This document shows, piece after piece, positions 1 through 8,986 of a stretch of 64,000 nucleotides of DNA. Numbering within the stretch: the stretch's first letter is position 1; every line of letters starts with the position of its first letter. The notes beneath the pieces are model-generated. The model had not been told where the DNA came from and ran no database searches. It was given only the letters and a program-made list of their open reading frames with translations. The stretch is from an uncultured virus (IMG/VR IMGVR_UViG_3300029967_000119) (taxonomy: Duplodnaviria > Heunggongvirae > Uroviricota > Caudoviricetes). The stretch lies in the IMG/VR virus record IMGVR_UViG_3300029967_000119; one strand, given 5' to 3'. The position numbers were made by a program, and so were the translations under genes.

Positions 1-1
1 C

Positions 2-214
2 AATTGCAAGTTCTTTTGGAACTTACTCTATGTCATCAAGTGGGACGTTCACGTCCCACTTGCATTTCTTCCTTGGATGCATGACTACACATATGTCTGG
101 GCAGATGAAGACTATTGCAAGTTCTTTAAGCTCAATGAAGAAGAGACTGCATTCATGTCAAGAGACATCAACTGGTGGCTTGATCATGACTTAGTTGAGT
201 ATACAAAGATTTAG
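2..214 (+). CDS. 3' end of a gene, resembling the C-terminus of Eco57I-like (type IIG) methyltransferase/restriction proteins (partial)
   Basis: Open frame from nt 2 to TAG 212-214: ...VPLAFLPWMHDYTYVWADEDYCKFFKLNEEETAFM..., matching the 'P..D....W.D..L...F.L...E..FI' tail seen in these enzymes. Confidence 0.45.
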   Translation, partial: NCKFFWNLLYVIKWDVHVPLAFLPWMHDYTYVWADEDYCKFFKLNEEETAFMSRDINWWLDHDLVEYTKI

Positions 215-225
215 TGATTTTGAAT

Positions 226-1056
226 ATGAAAAAAGTCAACCAAGTTTGGGCAAATGACTTGGCAGAGAGGTTGAATAGCACTGTCCATTATATGAAAGCA
301 TATGGCATCATTCGGAAAGCAATAGAAGATCAGCTTGATGAAGGCCTCATCACAACATATCCTCCAGAGATTGCTATAGAGCATTTGAAGAGTGTGCTTG
401 ACTTTAGAGATGTCGACTTGGATGAAATCATATCATATACAGATGATGAGCAAGACAAGTCATGCTTGATCCATCTGACAATACCAATACAAACAAACAA
501 AGAAGTCAAAGAAAAAATCGTAGAGAAAGCTAACCAGGTGTTCATTATGTCTGGCTATGTCCTTGCTCTAGAGACAATCATGAACTATGAAGGAGTGATA
601 GTGTATCATTATGAATATGAGCCAAATTGGGTAAAGCCAGAGAGAAAGCATTGGAATGGAGTGCCGATCTTATATCATATGACTGCAAGCATTTGGAAAG
701 ACAAGATTGAGAGGATTGGTCTTGTGCCTACTGGAAAGAACAAAGACTTCAACTATTCAGGCAGGATATATTTCATGAGACCATACAAAGATGAAGACAA
801 TACATTTGAACTTCTTAAGTTTGTATGGAAGTCTAAGTTGCAAAACCTCAAAGACCTTCCAAAGAGCATTATTGCCAAGCCTGTGTTCTTTGTGCTAGAT
901 ACATCAAAGTTCCCAGAAGACACCACTTTCTATCATGACCCTATGATGGGGCATTCTTTTTATGTAAAGCAAAACATCAGGCCAGAGCTCTTGAGATATG
1001 ATGAAGAGCTCACTGAGAGGTTCATTTCATACTTAGAAAAGCATGAAGATGACTAG
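226..1056 (+). CDS. hypothetical protein; C-terminal half has an ADP-ribosyltransferase-like LYHxT...GLxP...RIYF pattern
   Basis: ORF ends in TAG; motif LYHMTASIWKDKIERIGLVP...GRIYF; first ATG at 226. Confidence 0.5.
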   Translation: MKKVNQVWANDLAERLNSTVHYMKAYGIIRKAIEDQLDEGLITTYPPEIAIEHLKSVLDFRDVDLDEIISYTDDEQDKSCLIHLTIPIQTNKEVKEKIVEKANQVFIMSGYVLALETIMNYEGVIVYHYEYEPNWVKPERKHWNGVPILYHMTASIWKDKIERIGLVPTGKNKDFNYSGRIYFMRPYKDEDNTFELLKFVWKSKLQNLKDLPKSIIAKPVFFVLDTSKFPEDTTFYHDPMMGHSFYVKQNIRPELLRYDEELTERFISYLEKHEDD

Positions 1057-1092
1057 ATACATACAAATTAAAGATTTCAAACAACTTTAAAG

Positions 1093-1728
1093 ATGAGACA
1101 ACTTTCTTCAAAGTACAAGTGCTTTCCATACTATGACCAACTCCAGTTGCTTGAAGATGACACCAGGAGGAAAGTCATAGTGTGTGACTGTGATGGCATC
1201 TTGACTGATGGCACCTCAACATACTCTAGAGATGGGAAGGTGCTCAAGACTTATGGCTCTTATGACAAGGAGATGATGAGGTGGCTCCAAGAGCTTGGAT
1301 TTGAGTTCATCTTCTACACTTCTGACAACTTGGGATTTGACATACACAAGAAGAGGCTCCAAGACTTAGGCGTTGAGCTCAAGGTTGGCTATGTCAAAGA
1401 GAGGATCAAAGAGATACAAGACATCCATGCTGCAAACCCAGATGCATGGATTGCATACTTTGGAGACTCAATCTCAGACTTAGAGATTGGTGAGATGGAA
1501 GAAGTCAGCTTCTTTGGAGTGCCTGGCAATGCACCTGACTGGGTCAGGAAGTATGTGCTGATGCATTCTGACAATTCATGCAACAACTTAGCAGGCAAGA
1601 CTCACACCTGCTTAGAGCATGGCTCACATGGTGGATTTGCCAAGCTGTGTGAACGTGTAATTGAAGACTATTGGCACATTGACTTTTATAATCAGAAAGG
1701 AGAACCCACATATGATGAACGAGTTTAA
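1093..1728 (+). CDS. HAD-superfamily phosphatase, KdsC/YrbI-like
   Basis: HAD motif I DCDGILTDG, motif IV YFGDSISD, C-terminal GSHGGFAKLCE. Confidence 0.75.
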   Translation: MRQLSSKYKCFPYYDQLQLLEDDTRRKVIVCDCDGILTDGTSTYSRDGKVLKTYGSYDKEMMRWLQELGFEFIFYTSDNLGFDIHKKRLQDLGVELKVGYVKERIKEIQDIHAANPDAWIAYFGDSISDLEIGEMEEVSFFGVPGNAPDWVRKYVLMHSDNSCNNLAGKTHTCLEHGSHGGFAKLCERVIEDYWHIDFYNQKGEPTYDERV

Positions 1729-2806
1729 AGTAGGAACAAACTTTGATGAAGAGATCATAGACATTGCGGCACAGCTCAATGACAAGTACAGTGATCGCGG
1801 AAAGATAGTAGAGTTCTATGGGTCTGACAGGTCTCATGCAGCTTTGGCAGCTAGGCCAGACTTCAGGTTGCATGACATAACAGAAGAGCAGCTCAAGCAC
1901 TTTGTCAAGAAGGCGGCAGACAATGGCATGACCTTCAACTACACGATGAACTCGATATTCCCATACATGACTAAGTCTGAGCTTGTAGCTCACAAGCAAG
2001 AGATCCAAGACTGAGTCAAGAAGCTTGAAGACTTTGGTGTGTATCGGATCACCATTGCAACACCAATCATGGCGGCAATAGTCCGTGAGGTGTCAGACAT
2101 AGAGCTAGAGCTCTCGACCATAGCTCACATTGATGCGGTGTCTCAGATGAAGATATATTGGGAGTTGTTCCGCATCAACAAGTTCTGCGGCAACATCTTG
2201 AAGAACAGGAGCAAGCCGTTCTTGGTGAATGCTGCCAAGTGGTGCAATGAGCATAGTATCATATATGAGATGATGGCTCAAGAGTTCTGCTACAACACAG
2301 CAAAGTCTGGCCATTGCGCAACACACTGCATATTCCGTGACTCATGCTACATCTGCCATGCAGGCAACAAGACTAAGGAGGATGCTCTTGCATACGGCAA
2401 CTACCCAATGGGGTACTGCATTGGATCTCGTGAGAATGAAGAGGAAGGATGGCTCAAGAGCAGGTGGATTCGCCCAGAAGACTTGCACTATTACAATGAG
2501 ATAGGCATCAAGAACTTCAAGTTGACTGGCAGGACTGGCACATCAGAGTACATGAAGAAAGTCATGGAGGCATACATGTCACAGAGCTATGATGGCAACT
2601 TGCTTGAGCTCTGGAAGCCCCTTGAGACAATCTACAATGGGCAGGCAGAGAAAGACTGGAAGTCGGCATATGACATCCCAAACAAGAAGCTTGATGGGTT
2701 CATTGATCATTGGTTTGATGGGAATGGATTTGAGTGTGAGAATGAAGTGTGTGGAGAGACTTGCAACTACTGCCGTAAGTGGTGGCTCAACAAGTTAGCA
2801 CAATAA
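1712..2806 (+). CDS. peptidase U32 family protein (Fe-S, prephenate-dependent hydroxylase family), 364 aa with one TGA=Trp
   Basis: Track ORFs 1661-2014 and 2039-2806 are in one frame joined by TGA 2012-2014 (QEIQD-W-VKKLEDFGVYRITIATP); U32 motifs FNYTMN, ELSTIAHID, Cys cluster C..HCIFRDSCY, WIRPEDL, NFKLTGR. Confidence 0.85.
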
Positions 2807-2815
2807 GGAGGCAAC

Positions 2816-3928
2816 ATGGACAAGATGCAACTAGAGCTAGAGCCAATAGAGTTCTCTAACGGCTTCACATTGAACAATCTAGACATGTCAAGCAAGACAA
2901 GCTTGATAGACCACATGATAGTTGGGCCTTGTGCTGCGGAGTCAGAAGAGCAGGTGATGGAGACCGCAACACAGCTCAAAGGGCTTGGCTACAAGATGAT
3001 CAGAGCTGGTGTCTGGAAGCCACGCACATTGCCAGGAGCATTTGAAGGGCATGGTGAGAAAGCATTGAAGTGGTTGAGCAAAGTGCAAGAAGAGCTTGGG
3101 CTGCTTGTGTGCTGTGAAGTCGGCACTGCAGAGCATGTGAAGCTTGCTCTTGAGTATGGGGTTGACTTGCTCTGGATTGGCTCTCGGACATCAACCAACC
3201 CATTTGCAGTTGAGGAAGTTGGTGTTGCTCTTGATGGGCATGCCATCCCAGTCTTGGTGAAGAACCCAATGAACCCAGACTTGAACTTGTGGGTGGGCGC
3301 ACTCAAGAGGCTGAACAACCATGGCATCAAGAAGCTTGGAGCAATCCATCGTGGGTTTGGCTCATGCTCACCATCAGTCTACAGGAACCATCCAGGCTGG
3401 GCATTGCCAGTAGAGCTCAAGCAGATGTATGAGAGTTTGCCAATCCTTTGTGATCCATCACACATGGGTGGCAAGCGTGAGTATGTCCCAACTCTCTCAC
3501 AGACTGCTCTTGACCTTGGCATCTACTCTGGCTTCATGATTGAGAGCCACTGTGACCCAGACAGTGCATGGACTGACAAGAGCCAGCAGGTCACACCTTC
3601 TAACTTGGACTACATCGTCAGCTTGCTTGGTCCGCGCAAGCATACAGCAAGTGTAGATGCTTCATTGAATGCATGCCGGACAGAGATTGATGAGATTGAT
3701 GAAGAGATCCTCAACAGCATATCAAAGAGGATGAAAGTGTCTAGAGAGATTGGTGAGATCAAGAAGGGCCTCAAGATGCAGGTGTACCAGAATGACAGAT
3801 ACCTTGAAGTGCTTGACAAGATGAGCATATATGGGTCTTTGGTTGGGCTTGATGCTGGGTTTGTAGAGAACCTGTTCAAAGACATCCATAATGAGAGCAT
3901 CAAGCAGCAAATAGAGCTAGTTCAATAA
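2816..3928 (+). CDS. bifunctional DAHP synthase (class I) / chorismate mutase, Bacteroidota type
   Basis: GPCAAES, RAGVWKPRT, WIGSR, VLVKNP, HRGF, DPSH, IESH; C-terminal AroQ-type RTEIDEIDEEILNSISKRM. Confidence 0.92.
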   Translation: MDKMQLELEPIEFSNGFTLNNLDMSSKTSLIDHMIVGPCAAESEEQVMETATQLKGLGYKMIRAGVWKPRTLPGAFEGHGEKALKWLSKVQEELGLLVCCEVGTAEHVKLALEYGVDLLWIGSRTSTNPFAVEEVGVALDGHAIPVLVKNPMNPDLNLWVGALKRLNNHGIKKLGAIHRGFGSCSPSVYRNHPGWALPVELKQMYESLPILCDPSHMGGKREYVPTLSQTALDLGIYSGFMIESHCDPDSAWTDKSQQVTPSNLDYIVSLLGPRKHTASVDASLNACRTEIDEIDEEILNSISKRMKVSREIGEIKKGLKMQVYQNDRYLEVLDKMSIYGSLVGLDAGFVENLFKDIHNESIKQQIELVQ

Positions 3929-3932
3929 AGAT

Positions 3933-5234
3933 ATGGAAGGAGAAGGACAGCACAAGCTTGGACTTGGCATAGTAGTGCATGGTGACACGGAGTTCATAGA
4001 AGACACTATCAGGCATGCAGGGCATGCAGCTAGCAGCACAGTCATCTACATGCACAATGTGTCATATGATGGGAGTGAAGAGCTTCCACAGTCTACACTT
4101 GACTTTGTCAGTGATCTCAAAGAGAGGCTCAAAGATGAATATGAGATAGAGAGCAGAGTCATTGAGATTGAAGAAGCTGACAAGAAGGCATTCCCAAGTG
4201 CAAGTGAGGCAGAGTCAGTAGAGGTTGCATTCTACAACAAGTGCAGAGAGGACTTGCTTGCTAGAGGATGTGACTACTTCTTGCTGCTCCAAGATGATGA
4301 GATGGTCAGCGAGAGTGAGCTCAAGTATGGCCTCAGCTTCATGAGCGGATGTCCACAGTTTGACTGCTCATACTGCACTGGCCTCTGGTATTACAAAGAC
4401 ATGCTCCATTACATCACTAATGAGGAGCAAGAGATCAACTTCATCAGCAAGACAACTACACCATTCACTTACAAGAAGTTCTGTGTAAGCCCAAAGGTGA
4501 CATATGAAGTTGAGTTCACCAGGCAGTTTGAGAGTGACAGCAACACAGAGTTCAGAGGCATTGTGGTGCACAAGTTCTTCATGGTCTCAAGTGACATAGC
4601 CAACAAAGTCAAGAGGATGAAAGTGAAGACAAGCTCTGATGCAGACATCATACATGAGTACAACTTGTTTGATGACACAACACACTATGTAGAGCACTGC
4701 TTGCCACATCTTGTCGGCACTGAGAAGTACTACATCTCAAAGCTGACACATCCACTCATTAGGCTGAACTCTGCTGATCCAACTACTGCTCTTGTCACTG
4801 ACTACCATAGAGACATGTCACAAGTGAGAGTGTGCCTCAACATCATCGATGACAAAGACCTAAGTGAGATAGATGTGAATGCCCTTGCAGGATATATCAA
4901 TACAGCAATGATCAGGCACTGGGATGCAGAGACAGACATCAGGAAGATCATAGTAGAGAACTCTAAAGAGAGAGCTACCTGGACTTATGTAGTGAAAGCA
5001 TCAGACTTTGGTGCAAGGGCTTGGCTAGGGTGGTGGGCAAAGAGGTTCTATGACTTGATTGTTGCAAAGTACAACCCACAATCCAAGAAGTTTGATGCAT
5101 ATGACGGGCACCAAGATGACACAATCAAGATACCATTTGTCATCAAGTGTGACCCTAAGAAGATCAAGATCACTGATGACATGTGCCTCTACTTTGAAGA
5201 CACTGTAGACTACTGCAGAAGCTACCATGCATAA
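3933..5234 (+). CDS. putative glycosyltransferase (GT-A fold N-terminal domain)
   Basis: N-terminal LGLGIVVHG..EFIE..I strand-helix and DYFLLLQDDE (variant of the DxDE motif of GT2-like enzymes). Confidence 0.45.
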   Translation: MEGEGQHKLGLGIVVHGDTEFIEDTIRHAGHAASSTVIYMHNVSYDGSEELPQSTLDFVSDLKERLKDEYEIESRVIEIEEADKKAFPSASEAESVEVAFYNKCREDLLARGCDYFLLLQDDEMVSESELKYGLSFMSGCPQFDCSYCTGLWYYKDMLHYITNEEQEINFISKTTTPFTYKKFCVSPKVTYEVEFTRQFESDSNTEFRGIVVHKFFMVSSDIANKVKRMKVKTSSDADIIHEYNLFDDTTHYVEHCLPHLVGTEKYYISKLTHPLIRLNSADPTTALVTDYHRDMSQVRVCLNIIDDKDLSEIDVNALAGYINTAMIRHWDAETDIRKIIVENSKERATWTYVVKASDFGARAWLGWWAKRFYDLIVAKYNPQSKKFDAYDGHQDDTIKIPFVIKCDPKKIKITDDMCLYFEDTVDYCRSYHA

Positions 5235-5943
5235 GCTAGAGAATGGATATGTGCCGACAATACCTCTGATGAAGAGGCTTGCTGGGCATTTGCACACAGT
5301 GCTTGAGCACAAGTGGCTGGTGTTCAAGTGGTGCTGCAAGCTTGGTATCCCTATGCAAGGCATTGCACATGACATGTCTAAGCTTGGCCCAACAGAGTTT
5401 TGGGAAGGTGTGAGATACTATCAAGGTGGATCATCACCAATACCAATCTGCAAGAAGTGGAACAACGGCTACTCAAGAGCATGGCAGCATCACAGGAGAG
5501 CATTGCATCACTATGAGGCATGGACTGACAACTATGACCTTGGCACTGTTGCCCACATGATGCCTTACAAGTATGCGCTAGAGCTCATTGCTGATTGGCT
5601 TGCAGCTGGTGAGACATATGCAAAGAACCAAGGCAAGAGCTTTGATCCTTATGACGAGATCACATGGTGGCAGAAGACAAGAGAGTCTAAGCGGGCTATG
5701 CATCCAGCTCTCAAGCAGTTTGCTGGGAATGCATTGCAGATCATTGCTGATGAAGAGTGGAAGAGCAAGAGAGAGTTGAGGAAAATGTTGAGAGATGCAT
5801 ACACTTGGGCTATAGAGAGGCGAGGCATAGAGCCATCACGCATTGAGAAGCACACAGTGAAGAAGTGGTGCAGGAATGAGGGGATGGAGGGCAAGTATGG
5901 TGAGTTTGCAACTTATATCAACAGAGACAAAGTCACAAGCTAA
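5227..5943 (+). CDS. HD-like domain protein (DUF5662-like)
   Basis: HLHTVLEHK...HDMSK..PTEF.E...Y...AWQHH...HHYEAW...MPYKYALELIADW. Confidence 0.7.
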   Translation: MHKLENGYVPTIPLMKRLAGHLHTVLEHKWLVFKWCCKLGIPMQGIAHDMSKLGPTEFWEGVRYYQGGSSPIPICKKWNNGYSRAWQHHRRALHHYEAWTDNYDLGTVAHMMPYKYALELIADWLAAGETYAKNQGKSFDPYDEITWWQKTRESKRAMHPALKQFAGNALQIIADEEWKSKRELRKMLRDAYTWAIERRGIEPSRIEKHTVKKWCRNEGMEGKYGEFATYINRDKVTS

Positions 5944-5956
5944 CGATACAAACATC

Positions 5957-6487
5957 ATGAAAAGTTTCTTAGACTTCTACAGAGAGACAAGCATCTCTAA
6001 GTACATCAAGCCAGAGACAATCAGGTTTGATGAGTTCAAAGGAGAAATCTATAGCACAGATGACTTGACTCTGTTCAGGCTGTCAAGCAACAACTTTGCA
6101 TCGAAGATCCTCTATGAGCCACAAGAGTTCAGCAGCAATGCAATCCACTACTGCAAAGATGATGGCTCCGTGCTCTATGAGGCAGATGAGATAGGGTACA
6201 TCGACTGGTGGGACCTCTATGACATCTTGACTGGGGATCCTAACAATGATGAAGGCTATGGGCTGTTTGAGAGCAGTGCACTTGCCAAGATGCATGAGTT
6301 TGGTGAGATGCTTGTGGAGTACTTCAAGGAAGCCCTTGACTACAGGAAGGATACACAGAAGACGGCTGAGAACATCAAAGATGGCTATGCTTGGATGGCA
6401 GAGCAGTCACAAACATGAGGTCCATCACCTATGTGGGAGACTGACACCACAGGCATGTATAGCAGCGTAGCTTGGGAACTAATCTAG
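5957..6487 (+). CDS. hypothetical protein, 176 aa with one TGA=Trp
   Basis: TGA 6416-6418 is followed in frame by GPSPMWETDTTGMYSSVAWELI and TAG 6485-6487, closing the gap to the next gene. Confidence 0.65.
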
Positions 6488-6496
6488 AGAAAGAAG

Positions 6497-7258
6497 ATGA
6501 AGAAGATCTCTTTGCTTGCAACATCAGACTTGCATGGTGACTTGCCAGACCTCTCTTGCTACAAGGCAGACTTGCTCTGCATCTGTGGGGATGTCATGCC
6601 ACTCAACATACAGAAGAAGACCTTAGAGTCGCTCTTCTGGCTTGATGGGCAGTTCTTGCCTTGGCTTGAGAGCATTGATGCTCATGACATTGTCTTCATT
6701 GCTGGGAACCATGACTTTGTGTTTGACAAAGACTATAGAAGAAAGACAGAGATGGAATCCAAGATGTGGAAGTCTTTCATGAGCAAGATAGATGAGAGCA
6801 AGAAGATACACTATCTTGAGAGCTCTTCTGTTGTCCTTGAGAATGGCTTGAAGATCTATGGGACACCACACATCACTGGGCTTGAAGGCTGGGCATTCAG
6901 CACAACAGAAGAAGCGCTTGCAAAGATGCTTGCAAAGATGCCAGGAGATGCCGACATCATCTTGTCTCATGGCGCTCCAAAGATATCTCGCATAGGCACG
7001 GTGAACCAAGTGTGCTGGAACATCGACAGAGACTTTGGCTCTCAAGCCATTGCAGATGCAATCATCAACTCTCGTGCAAAGATTGCATTGTGTGGGCACA
7101 TCCACAGTGGGATGCACCATCCAACTATAGTCAACAATACAACGACTGTGATGAATGTCTCTTGGAATGATGAGGACTATGTGCCTTACAAAGACTTGCC
7201 TGAGCATTCTAAGGACTATTGGTGTGGCATCTGGCAGACAGAGGTAGAGATAGACTAA
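6497..7258 (+). CDS. calcineurin-like metallophosphoesterase
   Basis: SDLHG, CGD, AGNHD, SHGAP, CGHIH motifs. Confidence 0.9.
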   Translation: MKKISLLATSDLHGDLPDLSCYKADLLCICGDVMPLNIQKKTLESLFWLDGQFLPWLESIDAHDIVFIAGNHDFVFDKDYRRKTEMESKMWKSFMSKIDESKKIHYLESSSVVLENGLKIYGTPHITGLEGWAFSTTEEALAKMLAKMPGDADIILSHGAPKISRIGTVNQVCWNIDRDFGSQAIADAIINSRAKIALCGHIHSGMHHPTIVNNTTTVMNVSWNDEDYVPYKDLPEHSKDYWCGIWQTEVEID

Positions 7259-7302
7259 GAGCTTCACCTACATAAATAACTCAAATTTCGAGTGGCAACC
7301 CG

Positions 7303-8454
7303 ATGGACATGCCTCCTGCTGCATCTCTGCAGCAACTCATAGACTCTTCTTCTATGCTCAAGTCTCTCTTTGAAGAGACGATTGCTTTGGCAAAGCACAC
7401 AAACCCAGATACAAAGACGAATCCAGCACAGACCCTTGAGCAGCTCTATGAGTATGTGGCATGGTCAGAGCACACATTGCCGAACATGCTGCTAAAGCAT
7501 GAGTCCTACTCTTCTCTCTATGACCACATAGACCAAGGTGTCGACTATCTCTATTGGCTGCTTGACCAGCCACTCAACATTGATGGTGACCCACTCAGCT
7601 TTTATTCGCAGTCTGTGCAGTACATCCCAGAAGTTGCAGAGTGGCTCAGAAGCTACTGCTGCTCTTGGGGATCATGGCTTTCAAGCTCAGAGTCATGGAA
7701 TAATCACGCTCTAGAGATGGTCAAGGCAGACCCGCACTTTAGCAAACATTTGCATGAGTATGAGGACTCTTCTAATTGGCACTCATTCAATGACTTCTTT
7801 TCACGGAGGCTTGCAAGCCCTAGTGTACGGCCTGTCTCCGCTCCAAGTGATGTCACTTCAGTTGTGAGCCCTGTAGATGGGTGCTGCCAAGGGCAATGGC
7901 ACATTGGTCCTGATGGGCAGATAGAAGGATTGTCGGTGAAGTCAAGGAGGTTTGGGAGCATAGATGAGCTGGTTGGAGGAGATGCATTCTATGAAGATCT
8001 CTTCCACAATGGTGAGCTCACACACATCTTCTTGGACATAGATGACTACCATCGCTATCACTTCCCAGTTGATGGAGATGTAGAGCAGTGTTGGCTGCTG
8101 CCAGGCGGCACGTTCGGTGGAGGCACTTACAGATGGGACTCATTGAGGCAGAAGTATTGGCTTGACTGTTGGGAGCCTGGATGGGAGAGCATAGAGACAC
8201 GTAGGTGTGTGCTCATAGATGCTGGTGAGATTGGCTATGTTGTCTGCTTGCCAGTTGGCATGTCACAGATCGCTTCGGTCAATCTCTCATTCAGAGATTG
8301 GTCTGTGCACAAAGGAGATGAGATGGGCTACTTCCTGTTTGGTGGCAGCGACTTTGTGTTGGTGTTCCAAGAGAAGGCACACTTCAAGCTGCTTGCTCCC
8401 CAAGGACAGCACGTCTCTATGGGAGAGCTGATTGGGTCCTGCACTGTCAAGTAG
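7303..8454 (+). CDS. psd: phosphatidylserine decarboxylase proenzyme
   Basis: SFNDFFSRRL, VSPVDG, DYHRYHFPVDG, KGDEMGYFLFGGSD (GS autocleavage site). Confidence 0.88.
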   Translation: MDMPPAASLQQLIDSSSMLKSLFEETIALAKHTNPDTKTNPAQTLEQLYEYVAWSEHTLPNMLLKHESYSSLYDHIDQGVDYLYWLLDQPLNIDGDPLSFYSQSVQYIPEVAEWLRSYCCSWGSWLSSSESWNNHALEMVKADPHFSKHLHEYEDSSNWHSFNDFFSRRLASPSVRPVSAPSDVTSVVSPVDGCCQGQWHIGPDGQIEGLSVKSRRFGSIDELVGGDAFYEDLFHNGELTHIFLDIDDYHRYHFPVDGDVEQCWLLPGGTFGGGTYRWDSLRQKYWLDCWEPGWESIETRRCVLIDAGEIGYVVCLPVGMSQIASVNLSFRDWSVHKGDEMGYFLFGGSDFVLVFQEKAHFKLLAPQGQHVSMGELIGSCTVK

Positions 8455-8455
8455 G

Positions 8456-8551
8456 ATGCCCTAGGAATGCGGCATTTAGTCCTAGTGGGCGGAGAAGTTC
8501 AAAGATGATTAACTTAATTAGAAGTTCAATTTTGAGGATTTGCCGCTCCCT
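8456..8551 (+). repeat. copy 1 of a ~95-nt dispersed intergenic element (copy 2 inverted at 35630-35724)
   Basis: Shared ordered blocks ATGCCCTAGGA, CCTAGTGGGCGG, GATGATTAACT, TCAATTTTGA, TTTGCCGCTCCCT. Confidence 0.85.
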
Positions 8552-8570
8552 GGCACAAAGTTTAAATAAT

Positions 8571-8605
8571 AAAAAGAGAGAGACTATCTCTTAGTCTCTC
8601 TTCAT
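8571..8605. terminator. probable intrinsic terminator between convergent genes
   Basis: GAGAGACTA-tctct-TAGTCTCTC hairpin with an A-run on the left and T-rich sequence on the right. Confidence 0.65.
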
Positions 8606-8621
8606 TTCTGTCTTTCAATTT

Positions 8622-8966
8622 TTAAGCTCTCTTAGTAATCTCAGACACAACAGACTTGAGAGCTTTCTTGTAGTATGAGAGCTCCTCAGTCGTAGTGCAG
8701 TTGTTGATGCACCTAAGGATTGACTCTACTGCGTGGTCAAATGCAGCTTTGGCTCCAGCTGGCCTAGTAGGCAGCACATTGCTGATGAGGATTGCTGCAT
8801 CTGCATCTATGATGTGGTGTGGACCTGGTGCACCACCTCTTGGGTCTCCTTTAGGTCCACGTTGTGGCTTTGAGTTGTTGCCTGACTTTGGTCCTACACC
8901 TGGACTAGCTTTAGGTCCTTGAGGACCTTTAGCATCTTCATTCACTGAATATCTTCGAAGTATCAT
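8622..8966 (-). CDS. hypothetical protein with Gly/Pro/Lys-rich N-terminal repeats
   Basis: ORF ends in TAA; repeated GPK/GPQ units. Confidence 0.6.
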   Translation of the reverse strand: MILRRYSVNEDAKGPQGPKASPGVGPKSGNNSKPQRGPKGDPRGGAPGPHHIIDADAAILISNVLPTRPAGAKAAFDHAVESILRCINNCTTTEELSYYKKALKSVVSEITKRA

Positions 8967-8986
8967 CTCTAGAAAGACTTTCCTTT

